DNA of 60,459 nt, the filler included, from Hausera hauseri (taxonomy: Eukaryota): NCBI GenBank assembly GCA_046269625.1. It is 11 parts of 11 records of this genome, joined end to end, with 100 filler letters (N's around TTAATTAATTAA, not from the genome) between each part and the next. Parts side by side here need not be neighbours in the genome. Positions count along the whole stretch, not along the records: positions 35,008 to 40,980 come from JBJURY010159644.1; positions 41,081 to 45,582 come from JBJURY010551784.1; positions 45,683 to 50,740 come from JBJURY010348712.1; 8 more parts are not named here. One strand, 5' to 3'. The position numbers and the translations under genes are program-made. The notes under the pieces were generated by a model, which was not told the origin of the DNA, made no database searches, and saw only the letters and a list, made by a program, of their open reading frames with translations. This document shows positions 35,866 through 48,579 of this stretch, piece after piece. Positions within the stretch are counted from its first letter, which is position 1. The number at the start of each line of letters is the position of its first letter.

Positions 35866-38800
35866 TCACTTCCCCCGTGGCAAAGTGAAAACTATAAAGC
35901 AAAAAAGCAACAAAGAGCAAAATCCACAAAAAGGGAAAAGTGTTTGTGCCATATTTGGTTTTTGTGTGAACCAAACGTTGTACTTTGTCGAAATTTTGTT
36001 CTCTACTGTACTTGCTGAAAGTAACTCTGCGTGTTGTGCTTGCGTATTTTGAGTTTGCTTGCCGAGGTGTAAGTTGAGAAAAATATGTTGGATTTTGTCG
36101 TGAGTATTGTTTTAGTTGAGGAAAGTGAAGATTGCAAAGGGTAGTTAGTAAAAGGTGAAGATGAAAGAAAAGGTGGAGATGTGAAAGATTGCAGATTTAG
36201 GAAAGACTCAGAAGTTGAGAAGGATTGAGGAAAGATATGTAGTAAAGCAGAATTAGAAGAATGCGTGTTTGAAGAAAGTTGAAGATGTGAAGGAGGCTGA
36301 GAATTTGGAAAAGGTTGAAAAACAGAATCGAAAGAAGATTTGTCTTCAAGTGAAAGTCGTGTGGTTAGATAAATTGGATGGGAGTGAAATGGTGAAAAAG
36401 GAATCAATAAAAGTGTCAATAGAGTTGGTGTTGGTTTGTGTGTCTTCGGGAGAGTCATCAACTATGAAGGCTGGTTTTAGATTTGTGATGTGCACAATTT
36501 GTTCTTTACCACTTTTAAGAATAGTAGCTGTATGAGAGGATAAAGATAAAAGTTTGCATGGTCCAACGTATTATGGTTGGAAACCACAAGGTGAATGATT
36601 GCGAAGCCAGACGAACTTAGCGGTATACAAATCATTTGGTATATTTGATTTGTTATGATTTACTATTTTGAAAAATGAGTCTTTGTTTAGTGTAACAAAG
36701 TGATTTTGCGCATTCCGAATGAGCTCATCTGTTGGTGTATCGTCCAGATCAGTTAACTCATAAAGTGCTCCAATCGGTGTTCCAAACAGTGCTTCAGGTG
36801 GTGCACAACCCGTGGTGGTGGCGAGTGTGTTTCGCCAGCCAAGCAGGACAAGAGGTAAGAGAGCTGTCCAGTTGCTGTGTGGTTCAGTTAGGATTTTAAG
36901 TGAGATCTTCATTGTGCGGTGAAATCTTTCTAGTAAATCGTTCGTTTGGGGATAATATGGAGAAGTGTGTATACATTTAATCCCCAAGCGATTAACTAAG
37001 GATTTAGAGATTTGACTTGAATTGTGGACCTTGGGCCGTGATTATGAAGCGAGGGGAGCCAAATCTGCTGATCCACGTTTTGATGAAGACCTCAGCGATA
37101 GTGTCTGTGTTGGTGGAACGTAATGGAATGGCTTCTGGCCATCGAAAAGAACGATCCATCAAGGTGAGTATGAATTGATGACCGTTGTCTGGACGAAGAG
37201 TGCCGACTAGGTTTATATGGACGGATTCAAAACGGTACATACAGGGGAAGTGATATAATGGTGGCTTCAGATGCTTGTAAATTTTGAATTTTTGGCATGC
37301 CACGCATTCCTTAACCCACGCCTGTACATCTGATTTCATCAACGGCCATATAACACTACGTTGCAGAAGACGAAAAGTTGCTTTGGCACCCGGATGATGA
37401 AGAGAATGTACGTTATGAAATGCAGTTTTCTGCAAAGATGGAGACAAAATTAGTTTGTGGTTAACGGATTTAGAAGTGTCATAGTCTATTCCGTCAATGA
37501 TTTGGTGCCATTTAAAAGACTTAAGAATTTCCTGTGCTGGTACATTTGTGTAAGCACTGCCTGTGAGAAAATTGGAGTGACTCTAATGATGTTAACCGAT
37601 CTAGACAAAAAATCAGCCACCAAATTGTCAGTGCCTGTAATATGTACCGTTTTAAAATTGAATATTGACAAGTACGATATGTGACATTCTTGTCTAGGTG
37701 AAGGAGTTTTCATATCCATGATTCGATTAAGAGGTTTGTGGTCAATTTGGATCGTAAAAGACCTGGCAATTAACAAGTGTGAGAAATGTTTTACAGCTAA
37801 TACTATAGCTAGGAGCTCTCTGTCGAAAATTGAGTAACGACTTTCTGTTGATGTAAGTTTGCGAGAATACAATTCCAGAGGCTCATTGACGCAATTAGAA
37901 ATTTGATGCAATATTGCGCCAACTGCTGTGGTAAAGGCATCTGTGGTTTATATTAGCTTTGCGTCAGGCTTGGGGTAAGCTAGAATTTCAACAGTTTTTA
38001 AACCTTTACGTAAATTATCAAACTGGTTGACAAGTTCGGGAGGCCAGTGAATTAATTGTTTCTTCTTTTCTGACTATAAAAATGCAAACGGTGCAGTTAA
38101 TTCCGAGCAGTGTGGCACATATTTGTGATTAAAGTGGAGTGTGCCAAGGAAAGAGTGAATTTCAGTTGTTCGTGGCAATTGGATATTCTTAAGCTGAGTT
38201 ATGCTGTCTTACTGAGGAGAGTGGCCAAATTTGGTAATGACATGACCAAAGAAATGGATCTTGTGTTGGAAAAAAAGAACATTTGGCGAATTTACTTCTA
38301 AATTATTTTGGTGGCGGCGTTGAAAAATTGTGCCTAAGTGCTCAGAATGTTGTTTAGGAGGTGACGAATCTATGAGAATCTATGTATGGGAATGCAAAGT
38401 TTAGACCAGCAAAAATTGTGTCTATGTGCCTTTGAAATGTTTGAGAGGCACTGCGCAGACCAAAGGGTATGAAGACATACTCAAAAAGATCGAAAGGTGT
38501 TGTCACAAATGTTTTCGGTATATCAGCAGGTGAGACAGAAATCTGATGGTAGGCTTTATGAAGATCGATGGATGAAAATATGGTGTTGCCATTGAGTGTG
38601 TGTAGGATATCATTGATGAGCGGTAATGGATATGCGTCCATTACCGTAATCGCCACAGGGCCTGAAAGTACCGTCCTTCGTGGGCACTATGTGTAGAGAT
38701 GAGACCCAAGGTGACTTTGATCTTCTTACAATTCCTGTTTTTTCTAATTCATTGAACTCCGATTCCACGGCATTGCGTCTGCGTGGAAAAAGTGGCCTGC

Positions 38801-40980
38801 TCTTCTGTTTTATTGGTCTTTGGTGTTCAGTGACGATGTGATGGTACGTCGTAGAAGCAGGCTTGAAATTTGGGTCTTTATTCAATGCTCTGGGACAAGA
38901 AGTTGTGATGTAGTCACGAAGAGTTGTATCCAGTTGCATGAATGGGGAGGTAATGTGAGAGGTTGTTTCGGTGTTGGCAATTGTTTTTGCTGTTACTGTA
39001 TGAATGTAAAGGTCTCAATCGGAATTCTCAACATTTAATTTATCTAGTTTAACAAAAAAAGATTTCTTTAGTATAGTCTCCGGCGCTCCAGTCAACTGCG
39101 CAACAAGTGGTGCATTATTTGGTGATTTTGTATTATTAATTGTATTTTTTATCACGCGATGCTGTCTGCAGTCGACAAGTAAATTGTAATGTGATAGAAA
39201 ATCAGAACCTAAGATGGGAGTTTTGATATCAGCACCAATAAACTTCCATTTAAAAAGTTCAGGGAAATGTGCTAAGGTGAAGGAGAGTTGTGCAGTACTA
39301 GAAATGAGTAAGGCTTGCCCGTTGGCAGTAAATAGCTTAGCAGTGGTGGGAAGAATTTTTAAAGAATGGAAAAATGAAGGTAGTAATGAGACCACTGCAC
39401 TCAAATCAATCAAGATTTTAGTATGGTGTGGAGAAGATGCTAGTGCAGCGTCCAATAGGAAAACAGCATGAGTACGGCTATTGGGTGATGAAAGATGGCC
39501 TTTTCCAGAATTTGCCGTAGTTTCTGGAGGCTTTAGGCGTTTTTTTGAGTGGATGAAGAAGTTGGAGTGTTCTGGGTGAAAAGCGTACATCCAGATAAGC
39601 AGCGTTTTGCATTGCCTTTGAACTTACTGTGATAGATTCAGACTACATCTCGTGATTGGAAATTCTGCGTATAGAATTTACAGCCTACACAGCAATTTTT
39701 GGCATTTCGATTGAATTTGGTTTGATAATAACACTATCCGTCGCAAAGGTGACTGGGCACGCTTGGAGTTTACAGATGACTGTATACTTTGATTTGCGCT
39801 AAATCGATTACGACGCAGAAAGGACAAAGCGTTGAGTCTGCTAGATATAGCCGAAATAGCCTTATGTAAGGCCGAATTTTCGGCTTGAAGATTTTGAATT
39901 TCATAACTATATTGTTTGCGTTGTTTGATGAGTTTGTTGATTGTGGATGTGCAACTATTAGAGGTGATTGCGTTGACTGTAAATCTAAAATTGTTGTATG
40001 TGCATTATTGGTATGAAAAATTTCGTAACTTTTGCCCGCACGTTGTGCCACTTTGTCTAGCGACGTACAATCCTCAACTACAGTGAGGAGTGCGCGTATA
40101 TGGATTGGCTGAGCTGAAAGGAAGTACCGTCGGAGAAGATCGGCGTTATTTTGTTGGTTTACTCCCAAAATATTCAATTGTGATAGTGAAGTGCGCAGAA
40201 ATTTAGTGGGCTTTTGCGGCCCAAGAGCGTTCTCATTAAAACGTTTTTGAATTATAGAGTCCAGAGAAGGCTCAGTTGCTTTAGGCACAGCGTCCAATAG
40301 AGATTTTTAGGGGTCGGAGTGATTAAAAATGTCAGACAGATTAGTAATGAAGGATTTTATGTTTCGCGGCAGATGAATCAGCAAACTGTTGGCGTTTTGA
40401 AAGGAATCAGTGATTTTATGTGAGGCTAGCCACTTTGCGTGGAAGTCTAGCCATGTTCTACCTGAATTCTGACTATCGAGGAGGAAGTTAACGCACTGAA
40501 GGTGTGAAAAAGAGGAAGGAGTTGGCGACACGAAGGTTATGTTAAGCGACTTCTTAATCTCGTCGGAGTTGGGGTAGAGCTACCATGAAGTTTAGGCTGA
40601 AGCGTGATACACATGGATGAAAAGGGATGCAAAAGAAATCTGTACAGAGGATCATGTGGACGGATGATGAAGTCATTGAAAATCAAGGCAAAGTTAAACA
40701 TGTCGGTGGTGCGTAAGATTGAAGTATGTAGGTCTTTTCCTAAGGTATTGTGATTTGCGGTATGTGTATGGATGTGCATGTTGTATTTAAAAATGAAAAT
40801 GGAAAAAGTTGGCTGGCTGGAGCCAGGGGCGTGATGTGATAATTCTGCGCTGCGTGACACGCGATCCACAGCCCGGGACAAACGACCGAGCGCGCGACCC
40901 CGCAAGGATGGCACAGCGATGCCGAGCAGCAGAAATCCCCATCAAAGAGTTCGGCCGTTGATACAAACACCGATTTGGAG
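35740..40980 (-). mobile_element. Second degenerate CsRn1-like Ty3/gypsy element (leader, gag, PR, RT, RH, IN, S/P/T tail, PPT, LTR)
   Basis: Paralogous to 1-4185 throughout: LGPQKPTKFLR, ILGSDFLSHYNLLVD, FGLRSASQTFQRHID..PYID, YSIFDRELLA, HHPGAKATFRLLQR, LLERFHRTMK. Confidence 0.95.
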
Positions 40981-42375
40981 NNNNNNNNNNNNNNNNNNNN
41001 NNNNNNNNNNNNNNNNNNNNNNNNTTAATTAATTAANNNNNNNNNNNNNNNNNNNNNNNNNNNNNNNNNNNNNNNNNNNNATTTATGCGATTTGTAGTGT
41101 TTTCTTGATGTTCTTCTGAAATAAAAAATATCCATCTACCATTTGGCCTTCAGTTGGTGGTCACTCGTGTGTGTAGATTGCAAGAAAATGTTTCAAATCG
41201 AATATTAAAAGGACGTTAGTTCGAGAAAATGAACAGAAATTTTGTCAAAGTTCAAAATTCCTAAACGCTGTGGGGGAGATGTGAACAAGTGCCAAAATGC
41301 AGCCACACTCCAATCGCGGTATTTTGGCTTCATTTGGAAAATGTTTCTGTCATATTTTGCACGTCTCTCTGACAATTTGTCATAAAAACTCTGATTTACA
41401 GTTGTAGCATCATTTGAAATTCGTCGTTGTCATGTTAAATTAATGAAAACATTAGATGATATCAGCAAAAAACTTGTTTGATTAAACATTTTAATGTAAG
41501 AAAGGGTCTAATTTTTAATAAAACTAATATTTTCATTTGTTGGAAAAGACGAAAACATTTGAATGAATAAACTAACTTTCTATTTCTCAAATAAAATATG
41601 TCCGTTTATTGTTTATTCAAAATTATTGTGCAGAAAAGCAACACTTTCATAGTTAATTGACAAATCGTTTTTCTACACAAGACATTAAACGTGGATTTCA
41701 CTGAAATTTAAATGAGCGAATTACAAACAGTTTGTTGTTAATGGCTTTCGATTGAGACATTCTCAATTCTCAACGCTATTTTGACTTCTAGTTCATTCTA
41801 AAGTGTGTAGGATTTACTGATGTGGAATTATTTTTATATTTGAGCAAAGTTTTGTTTCACTCTTTCGTAATTTTTCCCCAAATATCATTCTAAATTCCCC
41901 CTGTTTATTTATTACGACTTCTATACGATTTTCTACCTTATCATCCGTTCTTTAAAACTAGCATTCTTTCCATCCATTAAAGATGAAATTTTTTTGTGTT
42001 GTTACCATTCATTTTAGTTTAAATTCTAGATTTCAAATCTTATTTACACAACCCCCAACTTTGTCTTGAAACACTGCCATAACCTTAACGTCTTGTATTT
42101 AGTTCATTTTTAAAATCCCCGTTTCTAGTTCACTTGTGTTTTTGTATTGGATGGCATTAGTACATTATAGTCACCGAATGCTTCAATCCACAGCTGTAAC
42201 TATTACTACCGCTGTAGGAAGAAAATGAAACGTTTTCCTGTCAGCTAAATAACCTTATCAAGTTAAGGGTTATTGACTATTTTAACTACATTTTCGTTAT
42301 GATCAATCTGAAGTTTCCCAAATTTTGTACCTTTCCATAATCATGTTCAAAACTTCGGCAATTCGTCATGGCATT

Positions 42376-45300
42376 TCGTCAAAAGTTAATGTTATAAATA
42401 TTTATTAATTACAGATATTGAAACAAATTTTTCGTTTATGAAAAATAAATAATTTTAATTATTTATTTTTGAGCCATCATTTTCCTCTCTTTTATGATCA
42501 TTGTTCACTATTTTCAACCATTCCACTCTTTGAATCACTACCATCTTCCATATTTTTTAGCTCCCACTGATGCGGTGAAATTTGTCGAATTAGTTGATAC
42601 GGTACTTCGAAATGATAAGCGTCTTTTCTTCTTTTTTGAGAGTCTACTTTCACGAACGATTTTTGTCCAATTTTAAAATTTCCTTTGCTTCTCTTATCCC
42701 TCACCGAAATTTTCCATTCAGTTAGGTGCCTCTATGGTATACCTTTTTCCGAAGGAAATCTTTCCGCATATTTTTTGGAATTACTGGTTGTGTGTAGTTT
42801 TGATCTTTATATACTACGAAACCGTCTGTCATCTCCAACTTATCTATCATATTGAGAATCACTTTTTCCACCATTGAGCCGTCTAACTCACATTTTGTTG
42901 TATTTCTGTACATTTTCCCTGTTCGTCTTTTATCCATTGAAAGATTGACCTAACTAATAAGGAATTACACGTGCCTTTGTTTGCTTCAGATCAGCATGCC
43001 TTGTTTGGCACTGAACACACATGCTCATACAACCGCGACAATCCATCTGCGTTTCCATGATGTTCGCCCTTCCTATTTTCCAGTGTAAAATTAAAAATTG
43101 CCATGTTTTCTAGCCATGTCTGGAATTGTGGTTGATTTGTAGCCACTCCACGACGCCGCAATGAGCGCGTAATTCTTGATAAACCTTGTGTAATAGTTTG
43201 CCAGACCTAAAAATTCTCTCAACGACCGCGTACACTTTGGGATTGGAAAATTCCGAATTTCTTACTTTTAGTTGATTTGTTGCCACTCCATGATTATTAA
43301 TGATACGTCCGAGAAATATCAACTCCGAAACACCGAATCTACACTTTTTGGGATTCACATTTAGATTGGCATTTTTCAACCTTTTCATCACTTCTAGTAA
43401 TCCACAATGTTTCAAAATCGTCTTTGAGTAAATCAACACGTCGTCTAAGTATATGACAACTTCCGCATACAGCAGGTTTACGAACAGTGCATTCATCAGT
43501 CGCTGAAAAGTTCCGGGATCTGTTGAGAGGCCAAATGGTACTCGGTTGAAACAATATTGTTGTGATTTCGTGCAAAAGGCTGTTTTCCCTGAGAGTCTTC
43601 AACCAATGCAACTTGATTATATGCTTTACTGAGGACTTTCCGGCATTGGAAAAGAAATTTTCTTTGCCATTTCATTTAACTTTCTAAAATCCAAACATTC
43701 TGATTCCTCATGTTTCTTTTGAGTGGCCACTAAGAGCAAATTTTATTTATTTTTGCATTTCCGAATAATATCCGCTTTCTCCAAGAATTTCAAAAATTCT
43801 TCAATTTTACCTTCCAGGTATACTGATTGTCTTCTAGGATTCAACAAAAAATTGGTTTACCCTCAATTTCGATTCTGTTTTACCAGATCCGTAAACTCTA
43901 AATCGTACTTATGTTTCATAAACACCTCATCATCGCGTTTTACATCCTCCCTTAATTGACCATCTGCAATTTCTGGTTTTCCCATGGTTATCACTGCTGC
44001 TATCTCGTTCGAGACTGAATAACCTCAGTTTTCATTAATTTTACACCAAATACCATTGAAATTTCTATACCCCAATGGCTTCCGGCCTGATTGTTTTTCC
44101 TACCATCAATTCAATTTTATGTACTTCAGCATCTTCCTCTACATTGACTTTTACTTTCCCAAACAGCCATCACCTTCCGAAAAGGCTCCATGCAATATTA
44201 AGGCGCACTTAGTTAGCCTAGGTTGTCTTATCGCATTCAATTCTTTTCGCCGATTACTGACACACTATCCAACAACATTTTTATTCCACACTTTTCAACT
44301 TCACCGTCTGTCTTTTCCCACTACTATTGCTGCATCTTGATTTTGTAAATTTCCTACGCCAACTCTACTGACGAAATGCTTACAAGCAGAGTTTCTGGTG
44401 TTTAAAGGTTCCATCACGTCATTTTCATATGGCACTATTTCATCCAAATATTCTTCATACATCTCTTCCGCACATCGGATTTACCTGTTGTAATTTGAAA
44501 GTTTCTAAATCCGTGTCCACTTTTCTCACAGATCAAACATAAGTTGTTTAAAGAGCAATTTCTTCTAACGTGCCCGTGTTTTCAACAACAAAAACAATCA
44601 CCTTTATACATCACTTCCTTTTTCAGTACTGGTAACTTTTCTGGCTTAATAATACACAGAGTGTGTTGGAACCTGTCTTCCATCTATGATCTAACTGAAA
44701 GGTGGTTTCTTGTCCTGAGCAACATTACTGTTCATCGATCTCTTTTCATACCTTTCTTTTCTCGGATATTCTGCTCTTCTGTTGTATATGACCAGTCTTC
44801 TGTCATATTCCATGTGTTTCACGCACGGTGTATTTCCGAGATTTCTTTCGGGAGACTGTACCGCATCCCGGAAGGACTTCTTCACTTGAGCCATTTCTCT
44901 GTACTCCTACAGTTTGGCCATTTTCAAAAATTTTAGTCTCCTCCCTCATCTATTTTTGGTTTGACAATCCGCTGTCTTAGCACTGTTGAACTAATTCGTT
45001 TTCTAAGATTTTCTTGAACGAATTCTGTTCTGTTAACTCGAAAACTTTATTGGTTGCGTGACTCACCCTGATATCAAAATTTTTTGTCCTTTTGATACAT
45101 GTCGTCCCATTCGACCAAGTCATTGAGAGGGTTCACATTTCTCAGACATAGTTTTAAACCACATTGTGACCTCTTCTTTCGACAGTTGGTTCACCTTTTT
45201 TTCTTTAAAATCCGTCCACAGAGTTGTGGCTTGTTCCGTTAATAAAAATTCACATAGCTCCACAAATGGCCGTAGCGTGTATCATATATTCCAGTCATTG

Positions 45301-45582
45301 TTTTGCTTCATCCGTAAATGAACAATCAAATTGCGGCAGTGATGCGTCATGGTATTTACGGAAATGTTACTGGTATTTCCCATTTCCATGGTCTTAGCGT
45401 GGTTTCCAGTTACGATCAGTTTGCTCGGCAAGATCGGTGGATCGAAATCCAGAATATCTTCTGACTTCTCATTGACTTCTACGTTCGACTCTGTTCCACA
45501 TATTTCGACAAAAGTTAAATAATTTATTAATTACATATATTGAAACAAATTTTTCATTTATGAAAAATAATTTTAATTATTA
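42376..45582 (-). mobile_element. Internally deleted Ty3/gypsy element with LTR remnants
   Basis: Direct repeat 42376-42465 / 45504-45582. PPT at 42480-42493 is followed by TG on the minus strand. Gag knuckle CFCC*KHGHVRRNC (~44556-44600). RT IYLDDVLIYSK...VNPKKC. Integrase core is missing. Confidence 0.85.
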
Positions 45583-45682
45583 NNNNNNNNNNNNNNNNNN
45601 NNNNNNNNNNNNNNNNNNNNNNNNNNTTAATTAATTAANNNNNNNNNNNNNNNNNNNNNNNNNNNNNNNNNNNNNNNNNNNN

Positions 45683-46620
45683 AAGCAACCGATTTTGTTC
45701 GTGATGGCGTTGCTATACAGCGGATGATTCTGCGGGTAATTGGAATTGTCCAGTAGTCCATATGCCATTATTTGTCGGAGCAGTTGGTCGATGTTGACGT
45801 TTTCCAGCTCAAGGTTAAAGCTGTTTGTGTTACCGGCAACGATACTGATCTCACAGCCGTCAGACATTTGCCGGTAACGTGCCAAGTCGCGATACTGGAG
45901 CTCGTACATTCAAAACTTGCTAAGGTCCAATACCACTTGTCCGATGCAACTTGGCCGGTCCAGAACGACTTCTTCCCAGTTTAACAGTACTGCAACTAAT
46001 CCATTGGCAATGTGCATTGACCGCCGAAACTGAACCTTACTCGTGTATGTAACCAGCCGCTTTTCAGAGTTATATAGGCGCACATTGAACCATTTTTCAG
46101 ATTCTCCACAGTTTTTCCGTACAGGGAATTGTTTTTCAGCTTGTAATAGCCCTTTTCGAACTTTGTACAAGATGCGTCTCGTTCCTCCGAATTTCCATCC
46201 ATGTACGCCTGGGATATGTGAGCCTGTGCAAATCGGATTGCACAATGCAGCCCTGTGACGCGTACACCAAACTGCATGTAAAATTGCAACACACTCCAAT
46301 GAACTATGTAATTTTGCTTGAGTTCATGCGCCATAAGCAGCTTCTTCACCTTCAAGCCCGGCTCACATTGGCAAATTTTTGCGACCGTCAGTTCATCCAG
46401 AAAGTCATGCAGCTCATCTGGTATCATGAGATCGACGTCCATCAGGTTTCCGACTGAGCTTGCTATGTCTGCTCGTGGTAGGTTGACCATTATGTCGTCC
46501 AGATATTGTCTGTCGACTATCCATTCGAATGAACCGTACGGCAAGGGTTGTGAAAGCGCCCAACCGTACATGTTATTAATGTCGATATACAACTGTGATG
46601 TGGTATCATCATTAGTTACA
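45683..46620 (-). pseudogene. Polinton/adintovirus-type protein-primed DNA polymerase B, C-terminal polymerase domain
   Basis: Motif A YIDINNMYGWALSQPLP, motif B KLKNNSLYGKTVEN, PSCIGQVVLDLSK, and motif C-like AGNTNSF. Confidence 0.92.
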
Positions 46621-46621
46621 T

Positions 46622-47780
46622 GGTAGTCGGGGAAAATAGCGGTTCGGTCCTATCCCTCCGGGGGGTGTGCGTTGTGCATTTGTGCAGCGTAGGATTGATG
46701 GAATTGATTGCGGTCAAGTGCTAATGGATACAGCACATTGAGATGCACCTTGATATATGGTGTGCAGTACAAAAACATGTGTGCAAGTGTGCAAAAATCA
46801 ATAATATCCAATTTCCGGTATTTCCAATATTGATGATTAGGATATGTGACCGGGTGCATTCAAACACAAACATGGTGTAGTATATGAATGTGCAGTTAGA
46901 ATTTAAATTTATCGATTAGATATCGATTAATATCGATCCAAAGTGCAAATTGGTCAGATTTTCCTAGGTTTTTAGGCCCTAGAGAAGCAAAATTTGATAT
47001 AACATTGAGCGGGGACAGATAGGAAATCAACTATGGTGAACTCGAATTTCGAGTCGAAAATTCGAATATTTTTGAGCTCGAATATTGAAGTTCGAACTAT
47101 TCGAAAAACCTAACAGCGGGAATCGATTCATCGTATTTGAAAACCCTTATGTACATAAAAATTATTCCATGAAAATGTACAATATAGGCGTAAAATCAAT
47201 ATTTCTAATTAAAAAAACGTGCATTTGAAGCCCAGTGAAGCGGACATCGATAAATCTAATAGCGGGGCTGGATAGAAAACCATATATGTCGAATGGGAAT
47301 ATGATGTTAGATGATCGAATACATTATTCAAACTCGAAGAATTAACGATTCTAACTCGAAAACTCGACCAAGCATGTATTATTCGAAGAATCTAATGACA
47401 TCATTCGATTCCCCATTGTCGAAAACCTATATGGCAATTAATATTAGTGCGGTGCAGTGCATTGCAATGTATGAAAACAAGGTTTTTCCAATATGGTAAA
47501 AGTACTTAATAAATACTAAGTAATTCTTATATTGATTATGCAATTGAGGTGAATTTGGAGGTGAAGCACACTGAAATCAATAAATCTTTAAGCACACATG
47601 GATAAGAAAGCATATGTGAAGAATCCAAATCTGGTGTTAGATATTCGAATACATTAATCGAACTCGAAGAAATATCGATTCGAACTCGAATATTCGGTGA
47701 AGCGTGCATTATTCAAAGAATCTGATGGCTCTAATCGATTCCACATATATGAAAACCTATTCAAATATGGCGCCGCCACA
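46622..47780 (+). mobile_element. Polinton terminus/TIR region with ~330-bp internal subrepeats
   Basis: GGTAGTCGGGGA...GTTCG...CCTCCGGGGGG aligns to 19865 AGTAGTGGGAGA...GTTCG...CCTCCCGGGGG. The body is collinear with 20150-20820. Confidence 0.7.
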
Positions 47781-48077
47781 TATTTAAGTCATTTGATGCA
47801 TTAAAACAATCGCACGATGTTGAAAAGCAATACGATGGCATAATTACGTGGCACGTTCATGCATTTGATGCATTAGAACAAACGCATGATGTTGACAATA
47901 CAACATATTGGCAACAATATACAGTGCCAAATTTACCCCGCCATTAAAATTATTTCCTTACATGAGTTTTGTTTTACTGCATCAATTATCAAAAATTAGC
48001 AGTGTAAGTTGACAGCTATATTTTTCATTATTTGCTAATTCACTTCTGCGAATGGTAAGTTTTCTTATTTGCGTTCA

Positions 48078-48519
48078 TCAAATAATTGCTTTGTTTAGAT
48101 ATGCAAACTTTACACAGAGTGCTTGGCTCCAATCCATGAGCCGGAAAATTGCAATAGTATTATGATGAAATACTTTGGGCATATGTTCAACAGGGTTCAG
48201 TATTATATATGCCCTACATATGAGGTAGTGTGCGGGACAGGGTACAAGGAATTTTACAATGTCCATATATAGCATTTGATTTCCTTCGCCAAGTCGAAAA
48301 GACCAATATGCCAATAACGTCTTTTGTGTCAAAGGAAAACCAAAGGCGCAGTTTATTGTGTATTGCACATGTACAATACATAACTCTGAGAATTTCCATA
48401 ATACCATGAGGAGCTATTATGGCCACAAATTGAATAGGATCCTCTATTATATTTGCCCAGGATGTGAGACTGTATGTGATGGAGAATACATACAGTTCCA
48501 TGAATAACACAAGCATCAT
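48078..48519 (-). pseudogene. Small hydrophobic multi-TM ORF (frameshifted), divergent from polB
   Basis: Overlapping ORFs 48214-48519 and 48078-48407 contain several hydrophobic segments. Confidence 0.35.
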
Positions 48520-48579
48520 TTGAGTGACTTCGCATCAAAGTCCAAGAAGATCATATTTAATGAGCATTGACCAGTTGCA

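Noticed and set aside
1-40980. The two CsRn1-like copies as giant inverted repeats of one element
   Set aside because: They are on different contigs and are substantially diverged paralogs.
41268-41290. GGGGGAGATGTG as a PPT plus LTR start
   Set aside because: There is no upstream pol remnant and no identifiable LTR end or partner.
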